NCBI GenBank assembly: GCA_963772835.1
Contig: CAVYYZ010000008.1
Coordinates: forward strand, 128,001-192,000
DNA: 64,000 nt
Direction: 5' to 3'
Source: an uncultured delta proteobacterium
GTDB taxonomy: Bacteria; Desulfobacterota; Desulfuromonadia; Geobacterales; Pseudopelobacteraceae
Shown one piece after another: positions 38,523 to 52,056 of this stretch (positions within the stretch are counted from its first letter, which is position 1; each line of letters begins with the position of its first letter). Position numbers and translations under genes: made by a program. The notes beneath the pieces are model-generated. The model saw nothing but the letters and a program-made list of their open reading frames with translations. It did no database searches and was not told where the DNA came from.

Positions 38523-38582
38523 GGGCACAATCCCTATCGACTCGCCCTTGTCGACGACTGTCGTGATTTGTCGTAAATCGGA

Positions 38583-39389
38583 TTATCTGTCAGAAACCTG
38601 CAACTCTATCACCAGCTTTTTGTCATACTGCGGATTGGCCTCTACATCCTTGTAGCCATAAGGGTTTACCACCACCCGGGTTTTGCCGAGTGTGTAGTCG
38701 AACGAGTTGTGCGTATGGCCGTGAACCCAGAGATCCGGGCCAAGGTCGATAATATCGTTGGAAAGGTCGGTCATGAAGGCGCAATTGAGGCTGTCACCCC
38801 GGAACCGCTGATGAATCGACAGTGGTGAGACTCCATGGTGTGTCACCACGACCGTCTTCTTGTCGCCGGCGGTTGCAAGTGACTCGAAGATAAAGCGTTT
38901 CGATTCCTGGAACAGATCGACTGTCTCTTCCGGCATGAGCCGTGTTCCATCTGCCTTTTTGATTACGGCAAAGTCATTCATGTTCTTCCGGGCGTTCTGC
39001 ATCTTGAAGAAATCCTTCCCCAGAAAATCCGTCCAGAGAGTTGCTCCGATGAACATGATGCCGTTGATGTCGACGGACTCGTTTTCAAGAAAATGGACAT
39101 TTTTGGGAATCGACAGCTTGGTTTTCAGCTCCTGGATGCGCCCAAAGAAGTCGTTGTGGTAGAAAAAGTGATTCCCCTCAATATAGATGACGGCATGGAA
39201 GCGCTTGGCCAAGAGGCTGATTACCTTGAGCCAGGTTTCCTGCCGGTGGGCCAGTCCGATGTCCCCGGCAACCAGGGCAACGGTCTCCTTATCAGTCGGC
39301 AGCGGCGGGACCACCATGTCCAGAATGCGCGGGATCTTGTTGGGCGGCCAGAATTCGGCATGGAGATCTGAAAAGGGGCGGACGATCAT
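38583..39389 (-). CDS. Calcineurin-like metallophosphoesterase
   Basis: SDLHAE, AGDIG, GNH, GATLWTDF, VVTHH, WVHGHTH, NPYGY. Confidence 0.9.
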   Translation of the reverse strand: MIVRPFSDLHAEFWPPNKIPRILDMVVPPLPTDKETVALVAGDIGLAHRQETWLKVISLLAKRFHAVIYIEGNHFFYHNDFFGRIQELKTKLSIPKNVHFLENESVDINGIMFIGATLWTDFLGKDFFKMQNARKNMNDFAVIKKADGTRLMPEETVDLFQESKRFIFESLATAGDKKTVVVTHHGVSPLSIHQRFRGDSLNCAFMTDLSNDIIDLGPDLWVHGHTHNSFDYTLGKTRVVVNPYGYKDVEANPQYDKKLVIELQVSDR

Positions 39390-39496
39390 GATTCTCTCCC
39401 TGATAATAGTTTCAATGATGAAAAAATAAGGGAGGAATTATACATGAATCCAATAAAAAAAGCACCCACGATTTCTCGTAAGTGCTTGATATTAAG

Positions 39497-39572
39497 TGGT
39501 GCCCAGGGACGGAATCGAACCGCCGACACGAGGATTTTCAATCCTCTGCTCTACCGACTGAGCTACCTGGGC
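39497..39572 (-). tRNA. tRNA-Phe (GAA)
   Basis: Reverse complement GCCCAGGTAGCTCAGTCGGTAGAGCAGAGGATTGAAAATCCTCGTGTCGGCGGTTCGATTCCGTCCCTGGGCACCA: 76 nt cloverleaf, GAA anticodon, encoded CCA. Confidence 0.97.
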
Positions 39573-39632
39573 AAAAGGATTTCTCTTATAACTTTATCAC
39601 CGCGCGGTGTCAACAGGAAAGTTTACTAAATG

Positions 39633-40709
39633 TTATGCGGGGTTCTCCCGCTGCATTTTAATCGGGACATAGTTACAAAACGGCTCTTCTTCCATATAGT
39701 CTCCGTGTACAGCATCGGCCCTGGCACGACAACCTCCGCATACGTTGAGGTATTCGCACTGTCCGCATTTCCCTTTGTACGATTTGAAGTCACGCAGGTC
39801 ATTGAACAGCTCTGAACTCTCCCATATTTCCCGGAATGGGGTCTGTTTGACGTTGCCGGCGGTGCGGTGGAAATAGGAGCAGGGTTTCACGTTGCCGTAA
39901 CAGTCTATCAGGCAGATGGACTGGGCCGCGATGCACCCTTTGCCCCCTCCGGTGGAGAAAGTCAGTGAGCGGCGCTCGAATTTGGTTCCTTCGGCCTTTG
40001 CCTTCTGCGGTACGATCCTGTAATAGTGAGGTGCACAGGTCGGGCGCATCAGGATTTCATCTTCCGCCTTTTCCTGCTGATAGTGCCAGTCGAGGATCTC
40101 TTCATAATCCTCTTTCGATATCAGTTCGCTCATGATCTCTTCGCCCCGACCGGTCGGGACGATCATGAACATGTACCAGGCAGTAGCCCCCAGGCCCTTT
40201 GCCGTCTTGAATGTTGCAGCAATGTCTGTCTGGTTGCGTTTGGTAAAGGAGGAATTGATCAAAAACTTCTGCCCGTTTCTCCGGAATATTTCTGCCGCCC
40301 GCACAACTCCTTCAAATGATCCGGGCGACTGGCGAAAATTGTCGTGTACTTCGGCCGTTGAACCATCAAGTGAGAGCGAGACCATTTTTATATCCGCCTT
40401 CTTCATCTTCCGGCATATTTCGTCGGTAACCAGAGATCCGTTGGTCGCCATGCACATCCTGAGGCCAAGCGACGTGCCATGCTCGGCCAGTTCGAAGATG
40501 TCGGGACGAAGGAGCGGCTCACCGCCGGAAAGCACAACAACCGGTTTGGAAAAATCAGCAATATCCTCCAGGAGTTTCTTTCCCTCGATAGTAGTGAAGT
40601 CACCTTCTGTGGAGGTCAAATCAGATGAGCAACGGCAGTGTACACAGTGAAGGTTGCATTTTTGCGTGGTTTCCCATGCGATCCATTTTGGAACAAATTC
40701 TGTACTCAT
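39633..40709 (-). CDS. Radical SAM/SPASM protein, AhbD (heme b synthase)-like
   Basis: [52 protein letters not shown]; start at MSTEF. Confidence 0.82.
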   Translation of the reverse strand: MSTEFVPKWIAWETTQKCNLHCVHCRCSSDLTSTEGDFTTIEGKKLLEDIADFSKPVVVLSGGEPLLRPDIFELAEHGTSLGLRMCMATNGSLVTDEICRKMKKADIKMVSLSLDGSTAEVHDNFRQSPGSFEGVVRAAEIFRRNGQKFLINSSFTKRNQTDIAATFKTAKGLGATAWYMFMIVPTGRGEEIMSELISKEDYEEILDWHYQQEKAEDEILMRPTCAPHYYRIVPQKAKAEGTKFERRSLTFSTGGGKGCIAAQSICLIDCYGNVKPCSYFHRTAGNVKQTPFREIWESSELFNDLRDFKSYKGKCGQCEYLNVCGGCRARADAVHGDYMEEEPFCNYVPIKMQRENPA

Positions 40710-40939
40710 AGTGCTCCCGTAACGTATTTCAACGATGTTAGTTGCATTGTTCTTCAATTGAAAATCGTACCTGAATGGCCGCGTAAACTCAAGAATATAT
40801 TCCGGCAGCGTGCTGCCGGCTAGATTAGGAAAGCTATAAACAAGCGCTTGCAATCGCGGCAAACGTATAGTAGTATGACGCTCCCGCCGCCATTCGCGGC
40901 GTTTTACGTACATTCACCCTCTCAAGGAGCACCAATTCA

Positions 40940-42526
40940 ATGCTGAGTATCATTCGTAAGCAGAAAGAATCAATAATCATCAAGTTTGTCTTTGTTGTCA
41001 TTGTCCTCTCCTTTGTAGGTACAATTTTTCTCGTGTGGGGAAAGGGAAGTGACGGAATTGGTGGCGGCAAGGGGGGGTATGCAGCCAGGGTAAACGGCAC
41101 GCAAATTTCTCTCGAAGAGTACCAGAACGCATATCAGCGCATCAGAAACATGTATCAGCAGATTTATGGCCAGTCGATTCCCCCCGAAATGGAGAAGATG
41201 CTGGGATTGAAAAAAGTCGCGCTCGATGGGCTGATTGATAGCCTGTTAGCCATGAAAGAGGCCAAGTCGCTTGGAATGAAGGTTTCAAAAGATGATATCT
41301 CCGCCTCTATAGAAGCGATGCCGATGTTCCAGAAAGATGGTAAATTCAATTTTGATCAATACCAGCAGGTATTAAAGTCAAACCGCATGACCGCAAAGGA
41401 TTTTGAGGACGGGCAGGAATCAGAAGTATTGCTCAAAAAAGTTCGCCAGTCGATCAAGGACAAGGTCGTTGTCACCGATGCCGATGCCCTGGCACAGTAC
41501 AAAAAGGAAAATGACAAGCTGGACCTTGAGTATGTGTCCTATGCTCCTTCGGATGTAGCGGCTGAAGTTAAACTGAATGATGCCGACCTGACCGATTTTC
41601 TGCAAAAAAATCCGAATGATTTTAAAACCGCCGAAATGGTAGCCCTTTCGTATATTCTGCTTGACCCGGCTTCTCAGTCGGCACAGACAACGGTATCGGA
41701 AGAAGAGATACAGACATTCTATCAGAAGAACATCGACCGCTGGCAGGGGAAAGACGGTATTCAGCCATTGTCGGAAGTGAAAGAAAAGGTCAAAGCTGCT
41801 GCGATAAAACAGAAGACGGCCAAGCAGCTGTTTGAACTGGCCGCCGATACGTTGTATAAAAACATCAAATCAGGTGATTTGAATCTGATAGCCGGTGCCC
41901 TGAAGCAGAAGGTCCAGGAAACCGGCCTGTTTGGCGCCTCCGCACCTGCCGCCCAGCTGGTTGGCGAGACAGCGGTAATCAAGAAGGCCCTTGAACTGAA
42001 ACAGGGCGAGCTTGGCGGGCCGGTCGAAACGGCAAAGGGCATATATATTCTCAAGGCAAAAGAGCGCAAAGCGGCTGCTGTCCCGGCACTGGCTGAAATA
42101 AAGGCCGCCGTCGAGGGGAAAGCCAAGATCGCCAAGGCGATCGAACTGGCAAAGAAAAAAGCTGACGATGCGGCCAGGCAGCTGTCAACCACTGCAGCCA
42201 TCAAGACTCAGACAACAGGAAGTTTCGGCTTCTCCGCAAAAGGCGATATTCCGGTCATCGGTTCCTCTCCTGAGATTATGGAAGCGGTTTTTAAACTCAC
42301 GAATGGGCAGGCTCCGTCCACACCGTTCAAGGTCGGCACCCGTTGGTACGCTGTACGTGTAAAGAACCGTACGGATGCTTCGAAAGCCCAGTTTGATGCA
42401 ACAAAGGAAGAGTTGAAGAAGAAGATGCTCCCGAAAAAGCAGGAAGATGCATTGACCGAGTGGGCCAAAGGATTGCGTGAAAAAGCGAAAATCGAGATAA
42501 ATCAGGCGCTGCTTGCCGATAAATAG
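40940..42526 (+). CDS. PpiD/SurA N-terminal domain periplasmic chaperone
   Basis: MLSIIRK N-terminal anchor, AARVNG, FQKDGKFN, GPVETAKGIYI. Confidence 0.82.
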   Translation: MLSIIRKQKESIIIKFVFVVIVLSFVGTIFLVWGKGSDGIGGGKGGYAARVNGTQISLEEYQNAYQRIRNMYQQIYGQSIPPEMEKMLGLKKVALDGLIDSLLAMKEAKSLGMKVSKDDISASIEAMPMFQKDGKFNFDQYQQVLKSNRMTAKDFEDGQESEVLLKKVRQSIKDKVVVTDADALAQYKKENDKLDLEYVSYAPSDVAAEVKLNDADLTDFLQKNPNDFKTAEMVALSYILLDPASQSAQTTVSEEEIQTFYQKNIDRWQGKDGIQPLSEVKEKVKAAAIKQKTAKQLFELAADTLYKNIKSGDLNLIAGALKQKVQETGLFGASAPAAQLVGETAVIKKALELKQGELGGPVETAKGIYILKAKERKAAAVPALAEIKAAVEGKAKIAKAIELAKKKADDAARQLSTTAAIKTQTTGSFGFSAKGDIPVIGSSPEIMEAVFKLTNGQAPSTPFKVGTRWYAVRVKNRTDASKAQFDATKEELKKKMLPKKQEDALTEWAKGLREKAKIEINQALLADK

Positions 42527-42535
42527 GAGACTGAT

Positions 42536-43426
42536 ATGTCGAAACTAGTTTTGCAGACCGATTTCCCCGGTCTCAGCCTGATAGCCCGCGGTAAAGTGCG
42601 CGATATTTATGACCTTGGCGAGACACTGTTGCTGGTCACGTCGGACCGGATCTCGGCTTTTGATGTTATCATGAACGAACCGATCCCTGATAAAGGGTTC
42701 GTGCTGACCCAGATTTCCGCCTTCTGGTTTCGTCAGATGGAAGATATCGTCCCCAATCATATTATATCTATCGATGTTGCTGACTACCCGGCCGAGTGCC
42801 AGCCGTACGCCGAAATTCTCAAAGGGCGTTCGATGCTGGTCAAAAAAGCGGTGCCGCTCCCCGTTGAATGTATCGTACGCGGATATGTTTCCGGTTCGGG
42901 GTGGAAGGACTATAAGGCCACCGGTGCAATAAGCGGGATTAAGCTGCCGGTCGGTCTGAAAGAGTCGGATCGTCTGCCGGAACCGATCTTTACCCCTTCT
43001 ACGAAAGCCGATCTCGGTGCTCATGATGAAACAATCACCTTTGAGAAAATGGTTGAAATCTGTGGACGCGATCTGGCAGAAAAGGCTCGCGACTATACCC
43101 TTAAAATTTATTCCCGTGCTCATGCCCTGGCCGATGAAAAAGGCATCATCATAGCCGACACCAAATTCGAGTTTGGCGTGTATCAGGGTGAACTTATTAT
43201 TATCGATGAGTGTATGACCCCGGATTCAAGCCGGTTCTGGCTGAAGGAGTCATATCAGCCTGGTGGTCAGCAGCCAAGTTTCGATAAACAGTTCCTGCGT
43301 GATTACCTTGAAACTCTCGATTGGGGAAAGTGTGCTCCACCGCCTGTGCTGCCGCAGGAAATACTGGATAAGACCGCCGATAAATACCGTGAGGCGCTGC
43401 AGAGGATCGCAGGAATTACGGTCTAG
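42536..43426 (+). CDS. purC: Phosphoribosylaminoimidazole-succinocarboxamide synthase
   Basis: [39 protein letters not shown]. Confidence 0.96.
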   Translation: MSKLVLQTDFPGLSLIARGKVRDIYDLGETLLLVTSDRISAFDVIMNEPIPDKGFVLTQISAFWFRQMEDIVPNHIISIDVADYPAECQPYAEILKGRSMLVKKAVPLPVECIVRGYVSGSGWKDYKATGAISGIKLPVGLKESDRLPEPIFTPSTKADLGAHDETITFEKMVEICGRDLAEKARDYTLKIYSRAHALADEKGIIIADTKFEFGVYQGELIIIDECMTPDSSRFWLKESYQPGGQQPSFDKQFLRDYLETLDWGKCAPPPVLPQEILDKTADKYREALQRIAGITV

Positions 43427-43448
43427 TTATCACGTTCAATATGATTCG

Positions 43449-43479
43449 AGAGGCGGATACTTTTTCCGCCTCTTTTTTT
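43449..43479 (+). terminator. Intrinsic terminator after purC
   Basis: AGAGGCGGA-loop-TCCGCCTCT + T tract. Confidence 0.85.
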
Positions 43480-43553
43480 GTGCTGCGGCTTGACAATGAT
43501 TAAAGCTACGGTAACCTGTTGATAATTGAACTCATACAAAGGAGAACCATGAT

Positions 43554-43733
43554 ATGAAACTTGAACAGATCAAAGAAATTGCAAAACGGCACGATATCAA
43601 ACCGGGCAAATTGAAAAAGGGTGATTTAGTGCGCGCCATTCAGGCGGCCGAGGGTAATGACATTTGTTTTGAAACCGGGCGGACTGACGAGTGCGGACAG
43701 CCGGGATGCCTCTGGCGGGCGGACTGCAACTGA
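43554..43733 (+). CDS. Small SAP/Rho-N-like domain protein with four Cys (absent from ORF track)
   Basis: MKLEQIKEIAKRHDIKPGKLKKGDLVRAIQAAEGNDICFETGRTDECGQPGCLWRADCN*; AAGGAG RBS; terminator downstream. Confidence 0.85.
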   Translation: MKLEQIKEIAKRHDIKPGKLKKGDLVRAIQAAEGNDICFETGRTDECGQPGCLWRADCN

Positions 43734-43785
43734 TTCTTTGGCGTTGGCGGTTGTCACTCGTCGCTTGATAGGCGGGTTTTGATTC

Positions 43786-43824
43786 AACCCGGGTCCGTAC
43801 CGATGGTGCGCACCCGGGTTTTTT
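43786..43824. terminator. Terminator between convergent genes
   Basis: AACCCGGGT...ACCCGGGTT + T tract. Confidence 0.75.
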
Positions 43825-43825
43825 G

Positions 43826-44233
43826 TCAGTGAGATTTCCCGTTCAGAAATACTCCCAGCTCCCTGTCAACCTTGGAAATGTGGTTCAGCAGCCATTTCAG
43901 CAGCATGTTGTTGGTCTCGATCACATGGTGGGTAGAAACGCCGTCTGCCCGGGTTTCCTCTCTTAACGTGGTGATCTGGTCAATAAAGTAGAGGTGCTGG
44001 GCGTGATGGGCTTCATAGCCGGGATAATGGTGTGCGCGCTGAAGCGCCTCCTCGTCATTGAAATGGGTATGCACGTACTCCTCAAGAAAAAGCTGCAGCT
44101 TTTTCAGCTCTTCAATACCCTGGCCCGTCTGACACGCATTCAGCAGTCGGTCAAAACGGTGCAGAAGCTCCTTGTGCTGGTTGTCAATTGCATCAACTCC
44201 AATAGCTAACGAATCTCTCCATTGTATGCCCAT
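43826..44233 (-). CDS. Bacteriohemerythrin
   Basis: W...IGVDAIDNQHKEL, HFNDEE, YPGYEAHHAQH, WLLNHISKVD. Confidence 0.93.
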   Translation of the reverse strand: MGIQWRDSLAIGVDAIDNQHKELLHRFDRLLNACQTGQGIEELKKLQLFLEEYVHTHFNDEEALQRAHHYPGYEAHHAQHLYFIDQITTLREETRADGVSTHHVIETNNMLLKWLLNHISKVDRELGVFLNGKSH

Positions 44234-44253
44234 GGTTCACCCCTTCACCGGAT

Positions 44254-46689
44254 TTATCGGCCAATTTTTTTTGAAACTATCCGTTTTCCGGTTTCAGTTT
44301 TCTGCTTCTGCTCCTGCAGTCGATCTGCCATTGTCCGCAGGCGGGTATCGACACGCTGATAGAGAGACCCTTTGGAAAACTTTCCGTTTTTACCGCGCTG
44401 TCCAGCCTTGGTGCCGGTGAGTATTTCGATCCCCTGTTCAATAGTTGCAACGCTCCAGATATGAAACTGTCCGGCATTGACCGCCTGAATAACATCTTCA
44501 TGCAGCATGAGATGGCGTTCATTCGATTTCGGAATTATGACCCCCTGTTCTCCGGTAAGTCCCTGGGCCCGGCAGACCGCAAAAAACCCTTCGATCTTGT
44601 GGTTGACACCACCTATCGGCTGCACCATGCCGCGTTGATTAACGCTGCCGGTTACCGCAATCCCCTGTTTGATGGGAACTCCCGAAAGAGCCGACAGGAG
44701 CGCGTAAAGTTCAGTTGAAGAGGCACTGTCCCCCTCTATGCCATCGTACGACTGCTCGAAGCAGATCGATGCGGATAATGACAGGGGGTGCTCTGTCGCA
44801 AAGGTCCCGCCCAGATAACCGGTCAGAATCAGAACCCCCTTGTCATGAATCGGCCCCGAAAGTTTGACTTCCCGTTCGATATTAATCATACCGTCCTGAC
44901 CGGTATAGACCGTGGCGGTGATGCGGGTCGGGCGGCCGAAGGTGTGGTCGCCGAGTCCGATGACCGACAGACCGTTGATCTGTCCGACAACGGTTCCTGA
45001 CGTATCGACCATGATAGTCCCGTCCTCGTACAATTCCTGCATTCGCTCTTCTATGCGATTGACGCGATAGATGTTTTCTTCCGCTGCGGCACGAACATCG
45101 TCACCACTGATGATATCCCGTCCCGCTTTACTGGCCCAGAAACTGATTTCCCGCATGAAATCGGCAATTTCCATAAACTGGGACGAGAGTTTCGACTGGT
45201 CGTCAGCCATACGTGCGGTATGCTCCAGCAGGGCTGCGACGCCGCTGTTGTGAAACGGCAGCAATCCCTCGGCCCGGCAATTGCTGGCAACAAACAGAGA
45301 ATAATCGTGCATTATTTCCGGAGTTCGCGCCACACGACTGTCAAACTCCGCTTTAACTTTAAAAAATTTGCGGTAATCAGGGTCAAGATGAAACAGCAGG
45401 TAGTAAATCCAGGGAGTACCTATCAGCACAATTTTGGCGCGCATTTGAACCGGTTCCGGTTTGAGTGAAACCATAGTCATAAAACGGTACTGCTCAAGTA
45501 CATCCTCGATCCTGATCTCGTTATTGCGGATGCAGCGCTTCAGAGAATCCCAGACAAAGGGATTCATCAGCACTTCGCGGGCATCGATTACCAGATAGCC
45601 GCCGTTGGCGCGATGCAGGGCGCCGGAGCGGACCATGGTAAAATCGGTTACCGCCACTCCGCCGTATTGCATGACATGTTCAATCCGCCCGAAGAGGTTG
45701 TTATAGGTCGGGTTTGACTCAAACACCACCGGTGCTCCGTCGGTATCCTTGTTGTCCACCAGCACATTGACCTGATAACGGTCAAAGGTCGGTTCCTGGC
45801 GCTGCATCTTGATGCCCGGAATCTGCGGCTGGGTTGACTGCGGTTTGAAGTCGTCAAGGGTGTTCAGGATATCCTCCCTGACAGAGTCCAGGTAGCCGAG
45901 AACCTTCTCGAGACCGCCGTACTTTTCTCTCAGCGGGTCAAGACGGTGTCCGAGGCAGGACATGCCGAGATCCCGATCGGACTGCGCCAGAGCATCCTTG
46001 GTTGTTTTCTCCTGATCGCGTACCTGACGCAGCACCTCATTCAACCTTTCCGTCAGTTCCTTTCCCTGCTTTTCAAGCTTCAGGCGCTTTTTTTCGTTGA
46101 GTGCGTCATACTCTTCCTGGGTATAGTTGCGTCCGGCTTTCTGGGGTACGATCACCAGTCCGGATACCGTTCTCTGCAGTGAGAACCCTATCTTCTCCGC
46201 GGCTTTTTCCAGCCCCTGAAAAAGATCATTTGAAACGGACTGGTAGCTTTCGAGCAGTTCGGCGCGCCTGGTTTCATATTCACTGCTTTCAAGCGCTTTA
46301 GGAATGTCCTTTCGAAAGGCCTCGATCAACTCTTTCATGTCAGCTGCCAGCTCACTCCCTTTTCCGGCGGGAAGATCGAGAGAGATCGCGGAATCGGTAT
46401 CCTTGAAATTATTGACATATACCCAGTCGTGCGGCTGCGGCTCGTCCTTGGCACGTTTACTGAGAATGCTGGCGATGGTGGATGTCCGGCCGGTGCCTGT
46501 TTCTCCGGATATATACAGATTAAAACCGGACCCATCAACTCCCAGGCCGAATTCAATCGAGCGCAGCGCCCGCTTCTGGCCGATGGCATCATTGAAATCA
46601 GGCAGTTCAGCGGTGGTTTCAAAACCGAGAAGTTCCGGATCGCAGTTCCAGCGGAGCTTTCCAGCAGGTATGAGGTGAGAGTGGGACAT
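44254..46689 (-). CDS. Lon-family (S16) ATP-dependent protease, LonB/AAA_32-like
   Basis: GETGTGRT, PTYNNLFGRIE, GALHRANGG, EGDSASSTE Ser, GGVNHKIEGF Lys; start at MSHSH with AAGGAG RBS. Confidence 0.9.
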   Translation of the reverse strand: MSHSHLIPAGKLRWNCDPELLGFETTAELPDFNDAIGQKRALRSIEFGLGVDGSGFNLYISGETGTGRTSTIASILSKRAKDEPQPHDWVYVNNFKDTDSAISLDLPAGKGSELAADMKELIEAFRKDIPKALESSEYETRRAELLESYQSVSNDLFQGLEKAAEKIGFSLQRTVSGLVIVPQKAGRNYTQEEYDALNEKKRLKLEKQGKELTERLNEVLRQVRDQEKTTKDALAQSDRDLGMSCLGHRLDPLREKYGGLEKVLGYLDSVREDILNTLDDFKPQSTQPQIPGIKMQRQEPTFDRYQVNVLVDNKDTDGAPVVFESNPTYNNLFGRIEHVMQYGGVAVTDFTMVRSGALHRANGGYLVIDAREVLMNPFVWDSLKRCIRNNEIRIEDVLEQYRFMTMVSLKPEPVQMRAKIVLIGTPWIYYLLFHLDPDYRKFFKVKAEFDSRVARTPEIMHDYSLFVASNCRAEGLLPFHNSGVAALLEHTARMADDQSKLSSQFMEIADFMREISFWASKAGRDIISGDDVRAAAEENIYRVNRIEERMQELYEDGTIMVDTSGTVVGQINGLSVIGLGDHTFGRPTRITATVYTGQDGMINIEREVKLSGPIHDKGVLILTGYLGGTFATEHPLSLSASICFEQSYDGIEGDSASSTELYALLSALSGVPIKQGIAVTGSVNQRGMVQPIGGVNHKIEGFFAVCRAQGLTGEQGVIIPKSNERHLMLHEDVIQAVNAGQFHIWSVATIEQGIEILTGTKAGQRGKNGKFSKGSLYQRVDTRLRTMADRLQEQKQKTETGKRIVSKKIGR

Positions 46690-46744
46690 CTGAGGCTCCT
46701 TTTGTAAGTTTAAAGCGACATTGTGTAAAGCGGATGAAAATATG

Positions 46745-49649
<2,905 letters not shown>

Positions 49650-49816
49650 ACTGCCAATCAGGTCATACTGTTAATTCATTGTCAGGGACGACAGAAACAC
49701 GGTCAACTCTACAGATCACAGAAGCTCTATTCATGTACCACCGGAATACGTCTGTTGGTGTAGAATGTAAGTGAAACAAGTCACGGTGTCGGGTTGATAG
49801 GTGAGGCGATATAATT

Positions 49817-50899
49817 ATGAACAAGTCAGATGCAATGAAAACAAGTACTGGAAAGGGACCAAGGATTATTTCCCCCTTGCGTTTGCTCGCGAGTCTACTG
49901 CTGGTCCTTTTTATTGCCGAAGCGATAATAATGTTTACGTTACCATATTTTTTTCATACTTCGATTGTTCCTATAGATAATTTTGCCGACCCGGTTATGC
50001 TGATACTCATATGTGCACCGTTTCTATGGTTTTTGATTGCCCGGCCATTACATGTTACCGCGAAAGAAATTGAGCGGTTGAATGTGGACCTGGCTGCGCG
50101 GGCCGTTGAGTTGGAAAGGCAAAATGCGGAATTGCAAGAGACGTATCGCAATCTGGAGATGGAAACCGCAGCGCGGCACCGAACAATGGAAGAACTCCGT
50201 GAAAAGGATCAGTTGCTGATCCAGCAAAGCCGCATGGCGGCGATGGGCGAAATGCTCGGCAATATAGCGCATCAATGGCGGCAACCACTGAATGTGCTGG
50301 GCATAAAAATTCAGGAACTGGGCCTATCATTTAAATACGGAGAACTTAGCAAGGAACTCATCGACGCCAATATTGCCACGGCGATGGAAATACTCCAACA
50401 TCTGTCGCAGACCATAACCGTTTTCCAGAATCTCACTGTTCCTGACAAGAAAAAAAGCCTGTTCAGGGTGAAGCAGGTCATCGCTGACACGGTTCAGATC
50501 ATCGATGAGAGCCTCAAAAAGGAGGGGATCACGCTGGATGTCAGTTCAACCGGCGATCCGCAGATCAATGGCTATCCGAACGAGTTCAGCCAAATGTTCA
50601 TGAACCTCATTTTGAACGCCAAGGATGCATTGCTGGGACAAAAAACTGTCAACCCGCGTATAACGGTGATCTCATGGTCAGAGAACGACAGGTCAGTGAT
50701 GACCATTGCCGACAATGGAGGCGGCATCAAAGAGGAAATCATGGATAAAATATTTGACCCGTATTTTACTACCAAGGAGCTTGGAAAAGGGACCGGAGTT
50801 GGTCTGTTCCTGTCAAAAACCATTATCGAGAAAAATATGGGAGGACGTATCACCGTGCGTAATATTGAAGGTGGTTCAGAATTCAGGATAGAGGTCTGA
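49817..50899 (+). CDS. Membrane sensor histidine kinase
   Basis: Two TM helices, [11 protein letters not shown]-box, NAKDA, DNGGG, PYFTTK, GTGVGL. Confidence 0.9.
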   Translation: MNKSDAMKTSTGKGPRIISPLRLLASLLLVLFIAEAIIMFTLPYFFHTSIVPIDNFADPVMLILICAPFLWFLIARPLHVTAKEIERLNVDLAARAVELERQNAELQETYRNLEMETAARHRTMEELREKDQLLIQQSRMAAMGEMLGNIAHQWRQPLNVLGIKIQELGLSFKYGELSKELIDANIATAMEILQHLSQTITVFQNLTVPDKKKSLFRVKQVIADTVQIIDESLKKEGITLDVSSTGDPQINGYPNEFSQMFMNLILNAKDALLGQKTVNPRITVISWSENDRSVMTIADNGGGIKEEIMDKIFDPYFTTKELGKGTGVGLFLSKTIIEKNMGGRITVRNIEGGSEFRIEV

Positions 50900-50900
50900 A

Positions 50901-51305
50901 ATGGTAACAACGCAATCATCAGCCTCTTTTTCGATTCTATTTGTGGAAGATGATGCAGTGGTCTGCCTGGCTATCGGCCGCATTTTGGCCAGGCAATTCC
51001 CCGGTTCTACGGTTTATACCGCGGAAAATGGTCTGGTCGGGTTGGAACTCTTCAAGGAGCACTCCCCCGGGATTGTCATCACCGACATTAATATGCCGGT
51101 AATGGATGGTATCGAGATGGCCGGCACTATTAAATTGATCAAAGCGGACACAAAGTTTATCGTGATTACCGGTTATGGCGATAGGAATTATCTTGAAAAA
51201 TTCAGTGAAATAGGCTTTGAAGATTACATAGTAAAGCCGGTTGATATCGAGAAACTCTTCGCTGTAATTGAAAAGTGCCGGGCCGGAATTGCGCCATCTC
51301 AATAA
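50901..51305 (+). CDS. Single-domain response regulator
   Basis: [26 protein letters not shown]. Confidence 0.92.
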   Translation: MVTTQSSASFSILFVEDDAVVCLAIGRILARQFPGSTVYTAENGLVGLELFKEHSPGIVITDINMPVMDGIEMAGTIKLIKADTKFIVITGYGDRNYLEKFSEIGFEDYIVKPVDIEKLFAVIEKCRAGIAPSQ

Positions 51306-51328
51306 GAAACGTTCAGGGAGGAATCACC

Positions 51329-52054
51329 ATGTCAGAGCAGAAATCAGTATCCTGTGCCAAGTGCAGTACCGTTTGGCAGAATTTTGGAACTACAAATTGC
51401 TGGAGCGGTGATCCTGCCAAGGCGCCTCCCAAGCCGGGCAACTGTCCGTCTGATATCTATGAAGATGTCGTACAGGAATCGTTTGATGAATATCGCGGTG
51501 ACAGCGAGGATGCGAAGATCGCCTTTGTCGCGGCACGGGTCGAAGGGCTCTGCTATCAGCCTGTGCCGGGGAGTGATGCCGTCAACGCCCGCTGGACACG
51601 GGTTGAAGACACAATCGCTTTTGCCAAGCTGATGGGATACAAAAAAATCGGTATGGCGACCTGCATCGGTCTGCTGGATGAGTCGGACCGGTTGTCAAAA
51701 ATACTCACGGCACAAGGCTTTGAGCCGGTCAGTGTCTGCTGCAAGGCGGGAAGTATCGACAAGCTGGAGTTGGGATTGGCAGATGCGGACAAGGTACGGC
51801 CGGGTACATTCGAGCCGGCCTGTAATCCGATCGCCCAGGCAGAAATCTGTAACCGGATGGGAACCGACATGAACGTCATCGTCGGACTCTGCGTCGGCCA
51901 CGACATGCTTTTCAACAAACACTCAAAGGCTCCGGTCACAACTCTGATCGTCAAGGACCGTGTTACCGGTCATAACCCGATTGCCGTACTGTACGGTCAG
52001 AATTTCTACTACAAGCGGCTTCAGAAACAGATGGTGCTGGCCGGAGACGAATAG
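51329..52054 (+). CDS. DUF1847-family Cys-rich protein
   Basis: TRVEDTI, ATCIGL, SVCCK, CNPIAQA, GLCVGHD, KDRVTGHNP. Confidence 0.9.
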   Translation: MSEQKSVSCAKCSTVWQNFGTTNCWSGDPAKAPPKPGNCPSDIYEDVVQESFDEYRGDSEDAKIAFVAARVEGLCYQPVPGSDAVNARWTRVEDTIAFAKLMGYKKIGMATCIGLLDESDRLSKILTAQGFEPVSVCCKAGSIDKLELGLADADKVRPGTFEPACNPIAQAEICNRMGTDMNVIVGLCVGHDMLFNKHSKAPVTTLIVKDRVTGHNPIAVLYGQNFYYKRLQKQMVLAGDE

Positions 52055-52056
52055 TT

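Larger units (their letters stand above)
25903..39520. mobile_element. ~13.6-kb genomic (defence) island integrated at tRNA-Phe; no integrase recognised
   Basis: Direct repeat of the tRNA 3' end at both boundaries, lying downstream of the minus-strand tRNA; TA/restriction-type cargo. Confidence 0.82.

Noticed and set aside
39444..39629. 61-aa ORF on the + strand
   Set aside because: It is the antisense reading of tRNA-Phe
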